DNA from: a virus
Direction: 5' to 3' (one strand)
IMG/VR virus record: IMGVR_UViG_3300017743_000002
Span: 38,381 to 102,380 of that record
Length of the DNA stretch: 64,000 bases
In this document: positions 10,043 through 19,542 of the stretch, piece by piece
Position numbering within the stretch: the stretch's first letter is position 1
How the letters are laid out: every line of letters starts with the position of its first letter
Position numbers and translations under genes: made by a program
Notes under the pieces: model-generated
Database searches by the model: none
Seen by the model: only the letters and a program-made list of their open reading frames with translations
What the model was told of the DNA's origin: nothing

Positions 10043-10792
10043 TTACATTAATTTTTTTAAACTATGATTCTTAAATCCATTAGAAACGTTACCTTCAAAT
10101 ATTGATTGTATTTTAGCAGCTAGTTTCTTACTACCATTCATTTTCAAATCATATGCAATAGCATCTACTGATGTTTCACCTTCCCATCCAGATTGATTAG
10201 TTGCTAAATGTGCAATTTCATCAGTATCATCATCACCATCATAAAATTTAGAAGAGAATACTGTATTCTTTCTCCACTCATCATATTCCTTAGAGAATAC
10301 ATCTTTTGGTTTGTCTGGGTCATTCATTGGATTAGAATCCCATTCAGGTTTATCTTCTAATATTGAAATTAGTTTTCTTGCCTCAGAATGAAAGTTTGAA
10401 TCAGTTAGTGCTTCTACTGCAGCTATACTCATTTTTCTTTCGTATTCTTCTTTACCTAATTTTTGTGGAGTGATTCCTAAATCTTTTGCTTTCTCACGAA
10501 CATCTTTGTTTATTTTAGGATTACCAGCTCTACCACCAGACGAATCTTTTGGTTCTGATTTAGGTTCATCTTTAGGAGTATCAGGTGCATCGTACCCAGT
10601 ATCTTTAGAGAACATATTAGGTTTATCTTTCTTAGGGTTATCATCACCCTTATCATCTATCTTAGAATGAGTACCAGCCTTTACAGCAGCATCTCTACTA
10701 TCTTTTGATTTAAATACAGAAGTTTCACCACTCTTTTTAGATGTTGCAGTAAATGTTTCTTCTTCGTTTAGTAAGTCAGTTAGTTTAATCAT
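10043..10792 (-). CDS. Probable internal head protein
   Basis: Short MIKLTDLLNE leader, K/D/P-rich linker, head-gene context. Confidence 0.5.
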   Translation of the reverse strand: MIKLTDLLNEEETFTATSKKSGETSVFKSKDSRDAAVKAGTHSKIDDKGDDNPKKDKPNMFSKDTGYDAPDTPKDEPKSEPKDSSGGRAGNPKINKDVREKAKDLGITPQKLGKEEYERKMSIAAVEALTDSNFHSEARKLISILEDKPEWDSNPMNDPDKPKDVFSKEYDEWRKNTVFSSKFYDGDDDTDEIAHLATNQSGWEGETSVDAIAYDLKMNGSKKLAAKIQSIFEGNVSNGFKNHSLKKLM

Positions 10793-10796
10793 AGTA

Positions 10797-11342
10797 TTAT
10801 TTTTTACCTAATCTTTCTTTTGCCATATTTACATCAATATCAGCAATCTCATAGTATCTACCTAAAATATTACCCATATCTTCGTATAATGCATGTAACC
10901 TTTCATCTAAACTTCTTGCTTCAGTTGCAACTTTATCAAATGCTTTATCCATTTTTTCCAACTCACTCATATTTCTTTTGATGGTTACTTTATCGAACCA
11001 ATCATCGTTTTCTGAAAGAGTTAGTGTTTTAGCTGCTTCAACAATACCACCTAAAGTTTCTGCTACCTCAACGATATCAGATTGTCTTTTCATTTGTTCT
11101 TGAAATGCTTTATAAGTTGAGATAATTTCTAAGAAGTGTTTCTTAACTTCAGTTGATAATTTTTTCTCACCTTCTAATGATTCAGATAATGAAAACTTAC
11201 CATCTACGATTTTTACTTCGTTTATGTTAGTTTTTCTGATATCATTATATCCTTTAGATACTTTAGTACCTTTTTGTTCAACTTTCAAACTAAATTTGTT
11301 GTTGTGAACGTAATCGTATATGTCAAAATTCTTTTTACTCAT
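10797..11342 (-). CDS. Hypothetical coiled-coil head-associated protein
   Basis: 181 aa, helical, with INE and LSE sites. Coupled to the protease gene. Confidence 0.5.
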   Translation of the reverse strand: MSKKNFDIYDYVHNNKFSLKVEQKGTKVSKGYNDIRKTNINEVKIVDGKFSLSESLEGEKKLSTEVKKHFLEIISTYKAFQEQMKRQSDIVEVAETLGGIVEAAKTLTLSENDDWFDKVTIKRNMSELEKMDKAFDKVATEARSLDERLHALYEDMGNILGRYYEIADIDVNMAKERLGKK

Positions 11343-11929
11343 TATCCTAATTCCGTTATAATTTCTCTCATTAAGTCTTGTGCCTTACAAAAGTTCCCAC
11401 AAACATCAGTACCAATTTGTTTGGCTACTGATTCGTTCATTGGAGTCATAAATGCACCATGTGTAGATGGGTTGGAAACAAAATCCCAACCTATTAGTTC
11501 AAAATCTTCACCAACTAAAAGTTTGTTATCTTTCATTGGTTGAGTAGAACCCATACCTCTTGATGAGATACCTAAAAGGATTCCAGCTCTTAATAATTCT
11601 TTTAATATATTTCCAGAAGGAGTAGGTAAGATTTCAACTGTACCCATAACATCATTACCTTCCCAATGTACCTCTTTAATATTATGTGATACATTCTTTA
11701 GGTTAATAACTGAAGAATCTGGATGGTCTAATTCACCCAATGCTCTTCTTTCTTTAATTAAAGTTTGATATTTACTTATCTCTCTTTCTAATATTTCTTT
11801 TGGGTACACTCTACCATTTTGGTTTTCTGCACCTGAACGTTGAAGGACTCCTTTAACCAAAGTTCTACCTGATGAATCTTCGTTCACTCTTCCTTCAAAT
11901 AAGTTTGTTTCTATTAATAGATTCTTCAT
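11342..11929 (-). CDS. gp21: Prohead core protease (T4 gp21-like)
   Basis: NQNGRVYP, ALGELDHP, NVSH, GISSRGMGS and DFVSNPSTHGAF. Confidence 0.95.
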   Translation of the reverse strand: MKNLLIETNLFEGRVNEDSSGRTLVKGVLQRSGAENQNGRVYPKEILEREISKYQTLIKERRALGELDHPDSSVINLKNVSHNIKEVHWEGNDVMGTVEILPTPSGNILKELLRAGILLGISSRGMGSTQPMKDNKLLVGEDFELIGWDFVSNPSTHGAFMTPMNESVAKQIGTDVCGNFCKAQDLMREIITELG

Positions 11930-11940
11930 AATGGTTATCC

Positions 11941-12894
11941 TTATTTATGTTTTTTTAGTAACTCAGTAAATTCTCTTTTTACACCAAATGATAATCTTTT
12001 GTGAATTCCTTCTTTTACTAATACATTAATTATATCTTTTACATTTGAATTTTCAAGTGTAATTTTATTTTTTGATAATATTGGTCTTTCTAAAAATGTA
12101 TTTATTTCAAACCTTAATTCTTCAGAAAGTTTAATTCCTTCATAAATTGATTTAAGATATTTGATAAAATCTTTATCGTTTTTCATATCCTTAAAGCTCT
12201 TATCTGAAAAAATATTCTTTACAAAATCTTTAGCATCTTTTGAATCTTGCTTTATTTGGTCAATTAAACCAAACATACCTTCATTTACTGATTCCATTAA
12301 ACCAATTGCAGTAGTTCCAACAATTCTTTCAGCTCCATCAGCGTATTTCTTATTTAAGATTGCTACTTTAGCACCACCTATATTAATTACATACATTGGT
12401 AACATACTTGTACTAAAGTGATAATCTTTGATTTTTGCTTTCTTTAATTCTTTACCTATATCCATAAAAGATTTAGCACCTTTTACGAGGTCAGCAAGTT
12501 TATCTAAAGTCTTATCATGTTTTCCTTCTGAGATATTAGTTGAACAACCACCTTCGGTTACTCCACCACATCCACATCCACAATCATGTGATTCTTCTAC
12601 TTTTTCACCAGCTCTTAGAGCTGCTAAATCAGATGCTTCAATTTCACCATCACCATCAATATCTAACTGCTTTTGTTTATCAGTTAACTCTTCATTCTTT
12701 TCACCCTTACCATCCCAAGCAGAATCAATCTTATTAAAGAATGCTTTCTTTTCTTCATCACTCATTGATGGAATAGATTTTCCTGCCTTTTCTAAAGCTT
12801 TTTTGAAAAACGCTTGATAGTCACTCTCTTCAGCCATAATAGCTTTAAGGGTTTCTTTGATAGTGTCTCTGGTAATATTCATATTAATTGCCAA
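11941..12894 (-). CDS. Probable prohead core / internal protein with an EF-hand-like loop
   Basis: KQLDIDGDGEIEASDLAALR (DxDxDG loop), an HDCGCGCGG motif, and several ISE/VNE/LSE sites. Confidence 0.55.
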   Translation of the reverse strand: MAINMNITRDTIKETLKAIMAEESDYQAFFKKALEKAGKSIPSMSDEEKKAFFNKIDSAWDGKGEKNEELTDKQKQLDIDGDGEIEASDLAALRAGEKVEESHDCGCGCGGVTEGGCSTNISEGKHDKTLDKLADLVKGAKSFMDIGKELKKAKIKDYHFSTSMLPMYVINIGGAKVAILNKKYADGAERIVGTTAIGLMESVNEGMFGLIDQIKQDSKDAKDFVKNIFSDKSFKDMKNDKDFIKYLKSIYEGIKLSEELRFEINTFLERPILSKNKITLENSNVKDIINVLVKEGIHKRLSFGVKREFTELLKKHK

Positions 12895-13341
12895 TTATAA
12901 TTTACTAATCTGTGTTACAATAGTGTTCAATCTTTCTCTAATTTTGAACAAATTCTTTTGGGTTCTTTTCCAATATTGGTTTGAATTTAAATCACCTTCT
13001 TTTTTAATTCTACCATACCATCTTAGGAATGTTTCTATTTCAGAAAGTTGTTTATTAACTTGAGAAATTCCCCTACCAATTTTTTGCTTTGGAGAAGATT
13101 CATCTTTTTTTAATTCTAACCATCTATTTTCACTAACCCGTTTGTAACCATTTCCTTTATTTATGGCATCAACAAATTCATCATCATTTTCTTCTTCATC
13201 ATCAGTACCATCCGTATCTTTAAAAGCAATTGGAGTTTGGTATCCAGCCACATTAGATGTGGTGGTTGCTTCATCAACATCCAACTCTTCATTTTGGATT
13301 TCTTCAATTAAATCCTCAATAAGTTCTTTTAATTTAATCAT
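12895..13341 (-). CDS. Probable internal head protein
   Basis: MIKLKELIE leader, DEATTTSNVAGYQTP, a VSE site and a helical C-terminus. Confidence 0.5.
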   Translation of the reverse strand: MIKLKELIEDLIEEIQNEELDVDEATTTSNVAGYQTPIAFKDTDGTDDEEENDDEFVDAINKGNGYKRVSENRWLELKKDESSPKQKIGRGISQVNKQLSEIETFLRWYGRIKKEGDLNSNQYWKRTQKNLFKIRERLNTIVTQISKL

Positions 13342-14211
13342 TTATTTTTTGCTCTTCAATTCTTTAATTAATTCATAAGACATCATTAATGATGAAACAT
13401 GATTATCAGAAACAACTTTACCAATTTTAGTTTTAGCTAAAACAGAAACAGTTTCTGCTAATTTAATTTTGGTTACTTTATCTTTTATACCTTTGGATAA
13501 TGATTTTAACTCAGAAACAATAGAGGGTATTTGTTTTGAAATGTACGATTTAAAACCAGTAGTATTAGATAAGTTATTGATGTATTCTCTTAATAAGTTT
13601 TTTTGATTTTCATCTAAGTTAGAATACTTTTTGTTAAAAGTTTCTACTAATATCTTATAAGTAAGTAATCTTAAATCTTTATCTTGCTTTTTATAAGATT
13701 CTACAATCTGAGTATTAGTATCTTTTTTAGATGATAATGTAGATTGTTTAGATGTAATAGATTCAATAAGGGTAATTTTTGAATTGAATACATCCTTAAT
13801 ATCATAATTATCCATCTTCTTAGATTCAAAAATCTTATAGATAGATGCCAATACTCTATAATTAGATATTGGTGACGAAAGAAAATCATCCATATTGAAT
13901 GATTCATTAATCTTTTTAATTAGATTATACTTCTCTTTATGTAATTGTTTTTGGTCAATACGATTATGAGCTTCGTTAACAGTATCTATGAACTTCTCAG
14001 CTCTTGATTCTGAATTATACTTTTCCTTCATAAGAAGTTCGTATAATCGTAGCTCTTTATTTAACTCGGTTTTTGGACTAAAAAATTCACTAACGATTTT
14101 TTTAGCCTTCTCAGTAGCATCCCCATTGAGAACTTCTAACGTAATTTGTCTTACGAGAAGCTCAAATAGAATACCAGTATTCTTAAATTTTGAATGTTTT
14201 ACCCTCTTCAT
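13342..14211 (-). CDS. Hypothetical head-assembly protein
   Basis: 289-aa helical protein between portal and protease, preceded by a late box at 14262-14269. Confidence 0.55.
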   Translation of the reverse strand: MKRVKHSKFKNTGILFELLVRQITLEVLNGDATEKAKKIVSEFFSPKTELNKELRLYELLMKEKYNSESRAEKFIDTVNEAHNRIDQKQLHKEKYNLIKKINESFNMDDFLSSPISNYRVLASIYKIFESKKMDNYDIKDVFNSKITLIESITSKQSTLSSKKDTNTQIVESYKKQDKDLRLLTYKILVETFNKKYSNLDENQKNLLREYINNLSNTTGFKSYISKQIPSIVSELKSLSKGIKDKVTKIKLAETVSVLAKTKIGKVVSDNHVSSLMMSYELIKELKSKK

Positions 14212-14295
14212 TGTGTTTTTATCCTATAATAATATATCAATATACGATATAATACATCGTATATAAATATAAGTTAATTTTGATTTCCTAAAATT

Positions 14296-16053
14296 TTATT
14301 CATTAATCAAATTATCGTCATCTAAAAAGTCTCCGTTTTCACTCATTAACTTCCTTTTTGCCGAAACTCCGTTAACATATTCTTTAGCAACTTTTTGCGT
14401 AGTTTTACTAACTCTACCTTCAGTTTTCTTTAACGCTTTTTGATTTTCTTTTTTACCTAATGGGTCTCTCCCATAAGGATGTTTATCTTTACCATAGGTG
14501 TTTCCCTCTCTAGGTCTACCACCTTTGTTCTTTAATTCAGTTTTTAATTCTTCTAGTTCATCTTCAACATCAGTAGGTTCTTGCTCCATTGCTGGGTCAC
14601 TTCCTTCATCTTCAATTGAACGATATCTGAATCTATCTTTAAGGTCATTAACAAGTTGAACCTTTTGAAAGTCAACCTCATCATCACTAAAATTAAATAT
14701 ATTTTTATATGCCCAATCTTTAGATACCATATTTAATCCTTGAATATCAGAAACCAATCTAACTTTTTCACTCCATAAATTTACCTTTTCTTGCTCATAT
14801 ATAGTAGATGGATTAACTAAGTTTAGTTCAAAATCTACCATTTCTTTACCCTCAATACCTTGTGCAGCTAAATGAGTTACTGCTAACTTAGTTAATTCAG
14901 ATATTAAAGTTCTTTGGATTCTTTCGATTGTTCTTGCAAATCTTACATCTTCTGCAGCAAGAGTTGCTTTACCATTTACATTCTCATCATATCCCAAATA
15001 TGCTTTTGGAATCTTTAGAGCTGCAAACATTTTATTCTTTAAGTAATCAATATCATCAATTGCAGTATATTCTAAACCACCTAATGAATCTATTTGAGTA
15101 CCACTATCACCACCCCTAACAGGTAAGAAGAAATCTTCAGTTAGGTTTTGGATGTTATACTTTAAGTTATAATCACCAGTATTTTTATCTACAAATGGAG
15201 TTTTTTTCATTTTGTTGATAATTCTCTGCATATAGTTATCAACTTCTTGTGGTGGAATATTACCAATATCAATTTTGAAAACTCTCTTATCAGGTGCTCT
15301 CATAATTCTATGAATTAACATTGCATCTTCCATAAGAGAAACTTGTTTCCAAATTCTTCTACCATTCTCAATCATTGCTTTACCATAAGGTAAGAAGTTT
15401 GTATCTGATAATAATCTGAAATGTACTATTTCGTAGTTCTCATATTCACCTTTACCATTTGGGTCATGATTTACTTTGAACTTAATGTAGTTTGCATTGT
15501 TTGGGTCAGTATTTTCTAATCTTTCAGTTTCATAAACTGGAAGTGGTCTTACATTTATAATACCAACACCTGGCTGAATTTCTTGTAATAAAAAGAAATC
15601 ACCATACTTAACCATATTTCGTGTCCAAGACCATAGGTTAAATTCTATATTAAGAATATCATAGAAAAGATTCTCTAATATTTCTTTTATTTTTTCGTTT
15701 TTCGATTTAATTTGTACAACATCTCCAAATTCATTTTTTAATGTTGATTCATCTGCGTAGATATCTAATGCTGATGAAATAATCGGGTCATTATCCATTG
15801 CATCATAATCTCTGAAAAGTTCTCTTCTGACTTGATGGTATGCCATCGATTGAGCTGCCATCTGGTCTCCATAAAAAGACCTTTGTAGTTTGGTGTACCT
15901 ATCTCTTAAATTCATTAAGTTAGTACCACCCCTCTGTCTATCATCAGTATCAACTACCTTTCTCTTTCCATCTTTATCAACCTTTACGATTGCTTGAGTA
16001 GAAAAAAGTTTAGTTAACCTTTCAAAAAATGAACTATTATTTTGTTCTGCCAT
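14296..16053 (-). CDS. gp20: Portal protein (T4 gp20-like)
   Basis: LMEDAMLIHRIMRAPDKRVFKIDIGNIP, EDFFLPVRGG...TQIDSLGG, DIDYLKNKMFAALKIPK and EDVRFARTIERIQ. Confidence 0.96.
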   Translation of the reverse strand: MAEQNNSSFFERLTKLFSTQAIVKVDKDGKRKVVDTDDRQRGGTNLMNLRDRYTKLQRSFYGDQMAAQSMAYHQVRRELFRDYDAMDNDPIISSALDIYADESTLKNEFGDVVQIKSKNEKIKEILENLFYDILNIEFNLWSWTRNMVKYGDFFLLQEIQPGVGIINVRPLPVYETERLENTDPNNANYIKFKVNHDPNGKGEYENYEIVHFRLLSDTNFLPYGKAMIENGRRIWKQVSLMEDAMLIHRIMRAPDKRVFKIDIGNIPPQEVDNYMQRIINKMKKTPFVDKNTGDYNLKYNIQNLTEDFFLPVRGGDSGTQIDSLGGLEYTAIDDIDYLKNKMFAALKIPKAYLGYDENVNGKATLAAEDVRFARTIERIQRTLISELTKLAVTHLAAQGIEGKEMVDFELNLVNPSTIYEQEKVNLWSEKVRLVSDIQGLNMVSKDWAYKNIFNFSDDEVDFQKVQLVNDLKDRFRYRSIEDEGSDPAMEQEPTDVEDELEELKTELKNKGGRPREGNTYGKDKHPYGRDPLGKKENQKALKKTEGRVSKTTQKVAKEYVNGVSAKRKLMSENGDFLDDDNLINE

Positions 16054-16079
16054 TTTATTTACTTTATGTTATAATCTAA

Positions 16080-16110
16080 CTAAGATACAAAAAAATTTTG
16101 ATATATCCTA
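16080..16110 (-). promoter_or_regulatory. Putative host-type (Bacteroidota-like) promoter upstream of portal
   Basis: TAGGATATATCAAAATTTTTTTGTATCTTAG aligns without gaps to three other copies (27931, 44109, 44370). Confidence 0.5.
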
Positions 16111-16116
16111 ATTTTA

Positions 16117-16524
16117 TTACCATGCTTTACAACTCCAATACCTAGCTTTGTGTCTTGGTCCCGGCGTATCACAATTGTGTCTAGCTCTAAAAGCTTTTCT
16201 TCTTGATGGAATATCTTTCTGAATCTGCATTGTCTTTTCACCTGCTTTTTTAGCCGATGTTCCACCATGTCCGAAGTTTACCTTTACAACATTTCCTTTT
16301 GGATTTTTAACATATACTTTAAACTTTTTAACATCTCCCCTCATAGGTTTGTTTAGTTTAACGTTTCTACCCTGATATTCAGCTTCGTTGATATCTTCTT
16401 TTACATCTTTTAGAAAGCTAACAAACTCCTTTAAATCATAATAATTTTCTACATCGTATTCTTCGATGTTTTCATCTAAAACTGATTTAAATTCTTTGTA
16501 AAGTTCTTCCGAATAATTTTCCAT
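16117..16524 (-). CDS. Small basic phage protein with an acidic pro-region
   Basis: Acidic N-terminus ends in DINE, followed by a basic domain AEYQGR...KVNFG...RRKAFRARHNC...ARYWSC. Late box at 16553-16560. Confidence 0.6.
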   Translation of the reverse strand: MENYSEELYKEFKSVLDENIEEYDVENYYDLKEFVSFLKDVKEDINEAEYQGRNVKLNKPMRGDVKKFKVYVKNPKGNVVKVNFGHGGTSAKKAGEKTMQIQKDIPSRRKAFRARHNCDTPGPRHKARYWSCKAW

Positions 16525-16573
16525 GCTTAATTCCTATAATTAACCTATACTATATAAATATAAAATTTTTATT

Positions 16574-18157
16574 TTATAACCATTTAGTTAAATCTTCAAC
16601 ATCATCACCAACATTCATTTGCCAAGGATTTTCCTCATTATCATTACCACCATATATCCCACTATAAGTATGAGATGAGATACCATCAATCGCTCTTTTA
16701 GTTAAATCGATACCTTCCTGTCTTAATCGCAAAGCAGTATCTCTAACCCACAACGAAATTGCTAAACTCATTGTTAAATCATCATTATAACCCCTCATAG
16801 CTTCAGCTCTACCATGCATCCATATAAATGTGAATAATTCATCAATAGTTCTAACTGAACGTATTATAATTGATTTCTCTCTAACATACTCTTCTAACTT
16901 AGAAATAATCAAAGGTCTAGTTCTTGAAGTAGTTGAAAATCCAGCTACCATACTTTTATCTTGAGAACGATATCTATTTGAGTGTTGATGTTCTATATCT
17001 ACATATTTTAAATCCTTACTCATGTAATATAAGTTAGGATAATTTCTATCAATAACTTGTTGAATAGTTGCCCAACCGATATTTGCGTTTTCAATAACCA
17101 ACAATGCGTTGTTATATTCAGTTGATAGAGATACTAAGAAATTACCAAAATCTTTGGTATCTAACTTACCTCTATATTCAGCTACTTGTTCCGATGCTTC
17201 AACATCAATAACGTGAGCAGCAGAGTAATCCGAAGAATCACCTCTAGCAACATCCGCTACAACTATATAAGTTTTTGTATAATCAGGAAATTGCCATTTC
17301 CATAAGTTTCCGTCAAAACCACCCCTTTCAACTGGTTCTTGTACATAAGTTTCTTTGTAAAATTGAAGTATTTGTGGGTCAATAACCGAATCACCAGAAG
17401 ATACAAAATCACAATCACATTCTTGTGCTGCTCCTTTTGGTCCTAATAGAGTTTCTTGCTCATCTCTCCAACTTTGGTCTCTTTCGGGATGAACACTCCA
17501 ATGTAATCTAATATTATTAAATCCATTTGTACCATCTTCAGAACCTACCCAAGTTTTGTGAAAGAAGTTACCTACACCATTTGGAGTAGATAAAATAATT
17601 GCATTACCACCCGTTGATAATGTAGATTGAGCCGATACCCAAATCTCTTCAATCTTATCAATGAATGCCGCTTCATCAAATACCAAAAGGGATAATGCTT
17701 CAGAACGTCCAGCATCTCCAGCAGCTGAAGTTGCTTTTATTTGGGAACCATTTGAATATCTTAAAGATAGTTTGTTATCTTCAACTGTTGTTAGTTTTAA
17801 CCAAGATGGTAGATAGTGATTCATTACCCTAACCTTAGTTACTAAGTTCTTTGCTACTTCTTGCTTTGTTGCAATTACCAAACAATTAAAATCATCATTG
17901 AATAACATTTTCCACAAAGAAAATCCTGCAGTTAATGTTGATATACCAGTTTGTCTGGATTTAAGAATAACATTATATCTATGATTTTTAAAATCAACTA
18001 ATGTTTCTTCTTGAAAAGGATATAAGTGAAAAGGAATCTTACCCCTAACAGGATGTTGAATCATACAATACTTTCGCATGAAGTAAATAGGGTCAGATGC
18101 ACACTTTTTGTACTCTACCGCTATAATTTCTTTTAATGATGCCTTTTTTTTAGCCAA
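16574..18157 (-). CDS. terL: Terminase large subunit (T4 gp17-like)
   Basis: Walker A KSRQTGIST, Walker B LLVFDEAAF, coupling motif STPNG, nuclease motifs ADVARG..SDYSA and NDDLTMS. TTG start. No intein seen. Confidence 0.96.
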   Translation of the reverse strand: MAKKKASLKEIIAVEYKKCASDPIYFMRKYCMIQHPVRGKIPFHLYPFQEETLVDFKNHRYNVILKSRQTGISTLTAGFSLWKMLFNDDFNCLVIATKQEVAKNLVTKVRVMNHYLPSWLKLTTVEDNKLSLRYSNGSQIKATSAAGDAGRSEALSLLVFDEAAFIDKIEEIWVSAQSTLSTGGNAIILSTPNGVGNFFHKTWVGSEDGTNGFNNIRLHWSVHPERDQSWRDEQETLLGPKGAAQECDCDFVSSGDSVIDPQILQFYKETYVQEPVERGGFDGNLWKWQFPDYTKTYIVVADVARGDSSDYSAAHVIDVEASEQVAEYRGKLDTKDFGNFLVSLSTEYNNALLVIENANIGWATIQQVIDRNYPNLYYMSKDLKYVDIEHQHSNRYRSQDKSMVAGFSTTSRTRPLIISKLEEYVREKSIIIRSVRTIDELFTFIWMHGRAEAMRGYNDDLTMSLAISLWVRDTALRLRQEGIDLTKRAIDGISSHTYSGIYGGNDNEENPWQMNVGDDVEDLTKWL

Positions 18158-18164
18158 ACTAAAT

Positions 18165-18848
18165 TTATTTTTTTCCTATCTTCCAATACATACCACCAGT
18201 AATAAATGGTGCTAATTGTGAGGTATTAGAGTTATTCTGAATACCTAAACCTAATTGAAATAAATTATTCTTTTTATTTTTTAGGATTAACCCAGCTCCA
18301 ACATTACTGATTATATCTTCTTTGTTGAAACCACCATTTAATCCCCAATAAAATTCATTCTTTGGTAATTCTTTCACAATCGTTGTATTATAAACAGTTG
18401 GTATCTTAAAAAACCAATCTATTTCTCTAGATTCAATTGAGTTTTGTGAAATGACATCAGTTAGAATACCAAAGCCTAAATCTCCATTTGGTTTGTTACC
18501 TAATGAATCAGTAACTACATCTGGGAAATCATATGTTAAATTTAATGTATCTTTAACTGTTACTTTTGAAAAGTAATCTTTGATAATTGCAAGTGAATCT
18601 ACATCTACTGGTATCTCCACTTCTTTAATTACTTCTTTTGTAATATACTTTGGTACATACTTTGTTACCTTAACTTCTTTTTCTACATATATGGTATCTG
18701 TTTTTTGTTCTAACAGTTCGTAATCTTTACCATCTACGTTTATTATTTCTTTTTCTTCTTCTTCACCACCACAACTTCTTAATAACAATACCACACATAG
18801 TATCATTATCATTATTGTTTTTAAATCAAATTTCTTTAACAAGTTCAT
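18165..18848 (-). CDS. Predicted lipoprotein, spanin-like candidate
   Basis: Hydrophobic signal with a lipobox-like LLRSC, a DTIYV/KEVIKEV stalk, and C-terminal amphipathic beta strands ending GGMYWKIGKK. Confidence 0.5.
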   Translation of the reverse strand: MNLLKKFDLKTIMIMILCVVLLLRSCGGEEEEKEIINVDGKDYELLEQKTDTIYVEKEVKVTKYVPKYITKEVIKEVEIPVDVDSLAIIKDYFSKVTVKDTLNLTYDFPDVVTDSLGNKPNGDLGFGILTDVISQNSIESREIDWFFKIPTVYNTTIVKELPKNEFYWGLNGGFNKEDIISNVGAGLILKNKKNNLFQLGLGIQNNSNTSQLAPFITGGMYWKIGKK

Positions 18849-19497
18849 AATTCATAGGTTTTAACTTTTCGTAGGCAGCATTTCTTTTTTCTATAACATC
18901 GATAAGTTCTTTTCTACCATTATCAATATCAGCTTCTATTTGTTTTTTTAGATTTTGAACATCTTCGTTTGATGACCACTTTTCAATAGAACCATCATCA
19001 TTTACATATTTATGAATATTAGTAACTTCATTTAATGCTTGGTTCCATTTTTCTAAAACATCGGTTCCATATGCTGCCATATTAGAGTATATCTTATAAT
19101 CCTCATACTCTTTCCATAATCCATCGACTTTTATTTGCGTTTCTCTTTCAGCTAAACAAGTTGCACAAAATCCAGTTTTATTTATTAATTTTTTATCTGC
19201 GGCTGAATACTTTTTGTTTTTGCTATCATCTCCCTTACACTTAGTTTGTTCTGCTAAGTATTTTCTTACTTTACTAAGTTCATTAGATAATTTAGATTGT
19301 TTTACCTTACCATATGATTTTTGCTCATAAACAACACCATTTTCTTCCCAAATATCACCAACTTCTCGTTTTGTTGTTTCTTTGATATCCGATAAAGATA
19401 TTTGACTATCTTTTTGGTATTCACCGGTTTGAATCATATTTACCAACTTTCTACGAGTTGGGTGCATATATTTTTTATTGAATTTTTTCTCAGCCAT
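18826..19497 (-). CDS. Hypothetical protein
   Basis: 223 aa with REVGDIWEE, a CATC partial Zn site and a coiled-coil C-terminus. Late box TACTTATA at 19523-19530. Confidence 0.55.
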   Translation of the reverse strand: MAEKKFNKKYMHPTRRKLVNMIQTGEYQKDSQISLSDIKETTKREVGDIWEENGVVYEQKSYGKVKQSKLSNELSKVRKYLAEQTKCKGDDSKNKKYSAADKKLINKTGFCATCLAERETQIKVDGLWKEYEDYKIYSNMAAYGTDVLEKWNQALNEVTNIHKYVNDDGSIEKWSSNEDVQNLKKQIEADIDNGRKELIDVIEKRNAAYEKLKPMNYELVKEI

Positions 19498-19542
19498 ATT
19501 TTGTAACTTATATATTCATATATATAAGTATTGGGTTTTTTA

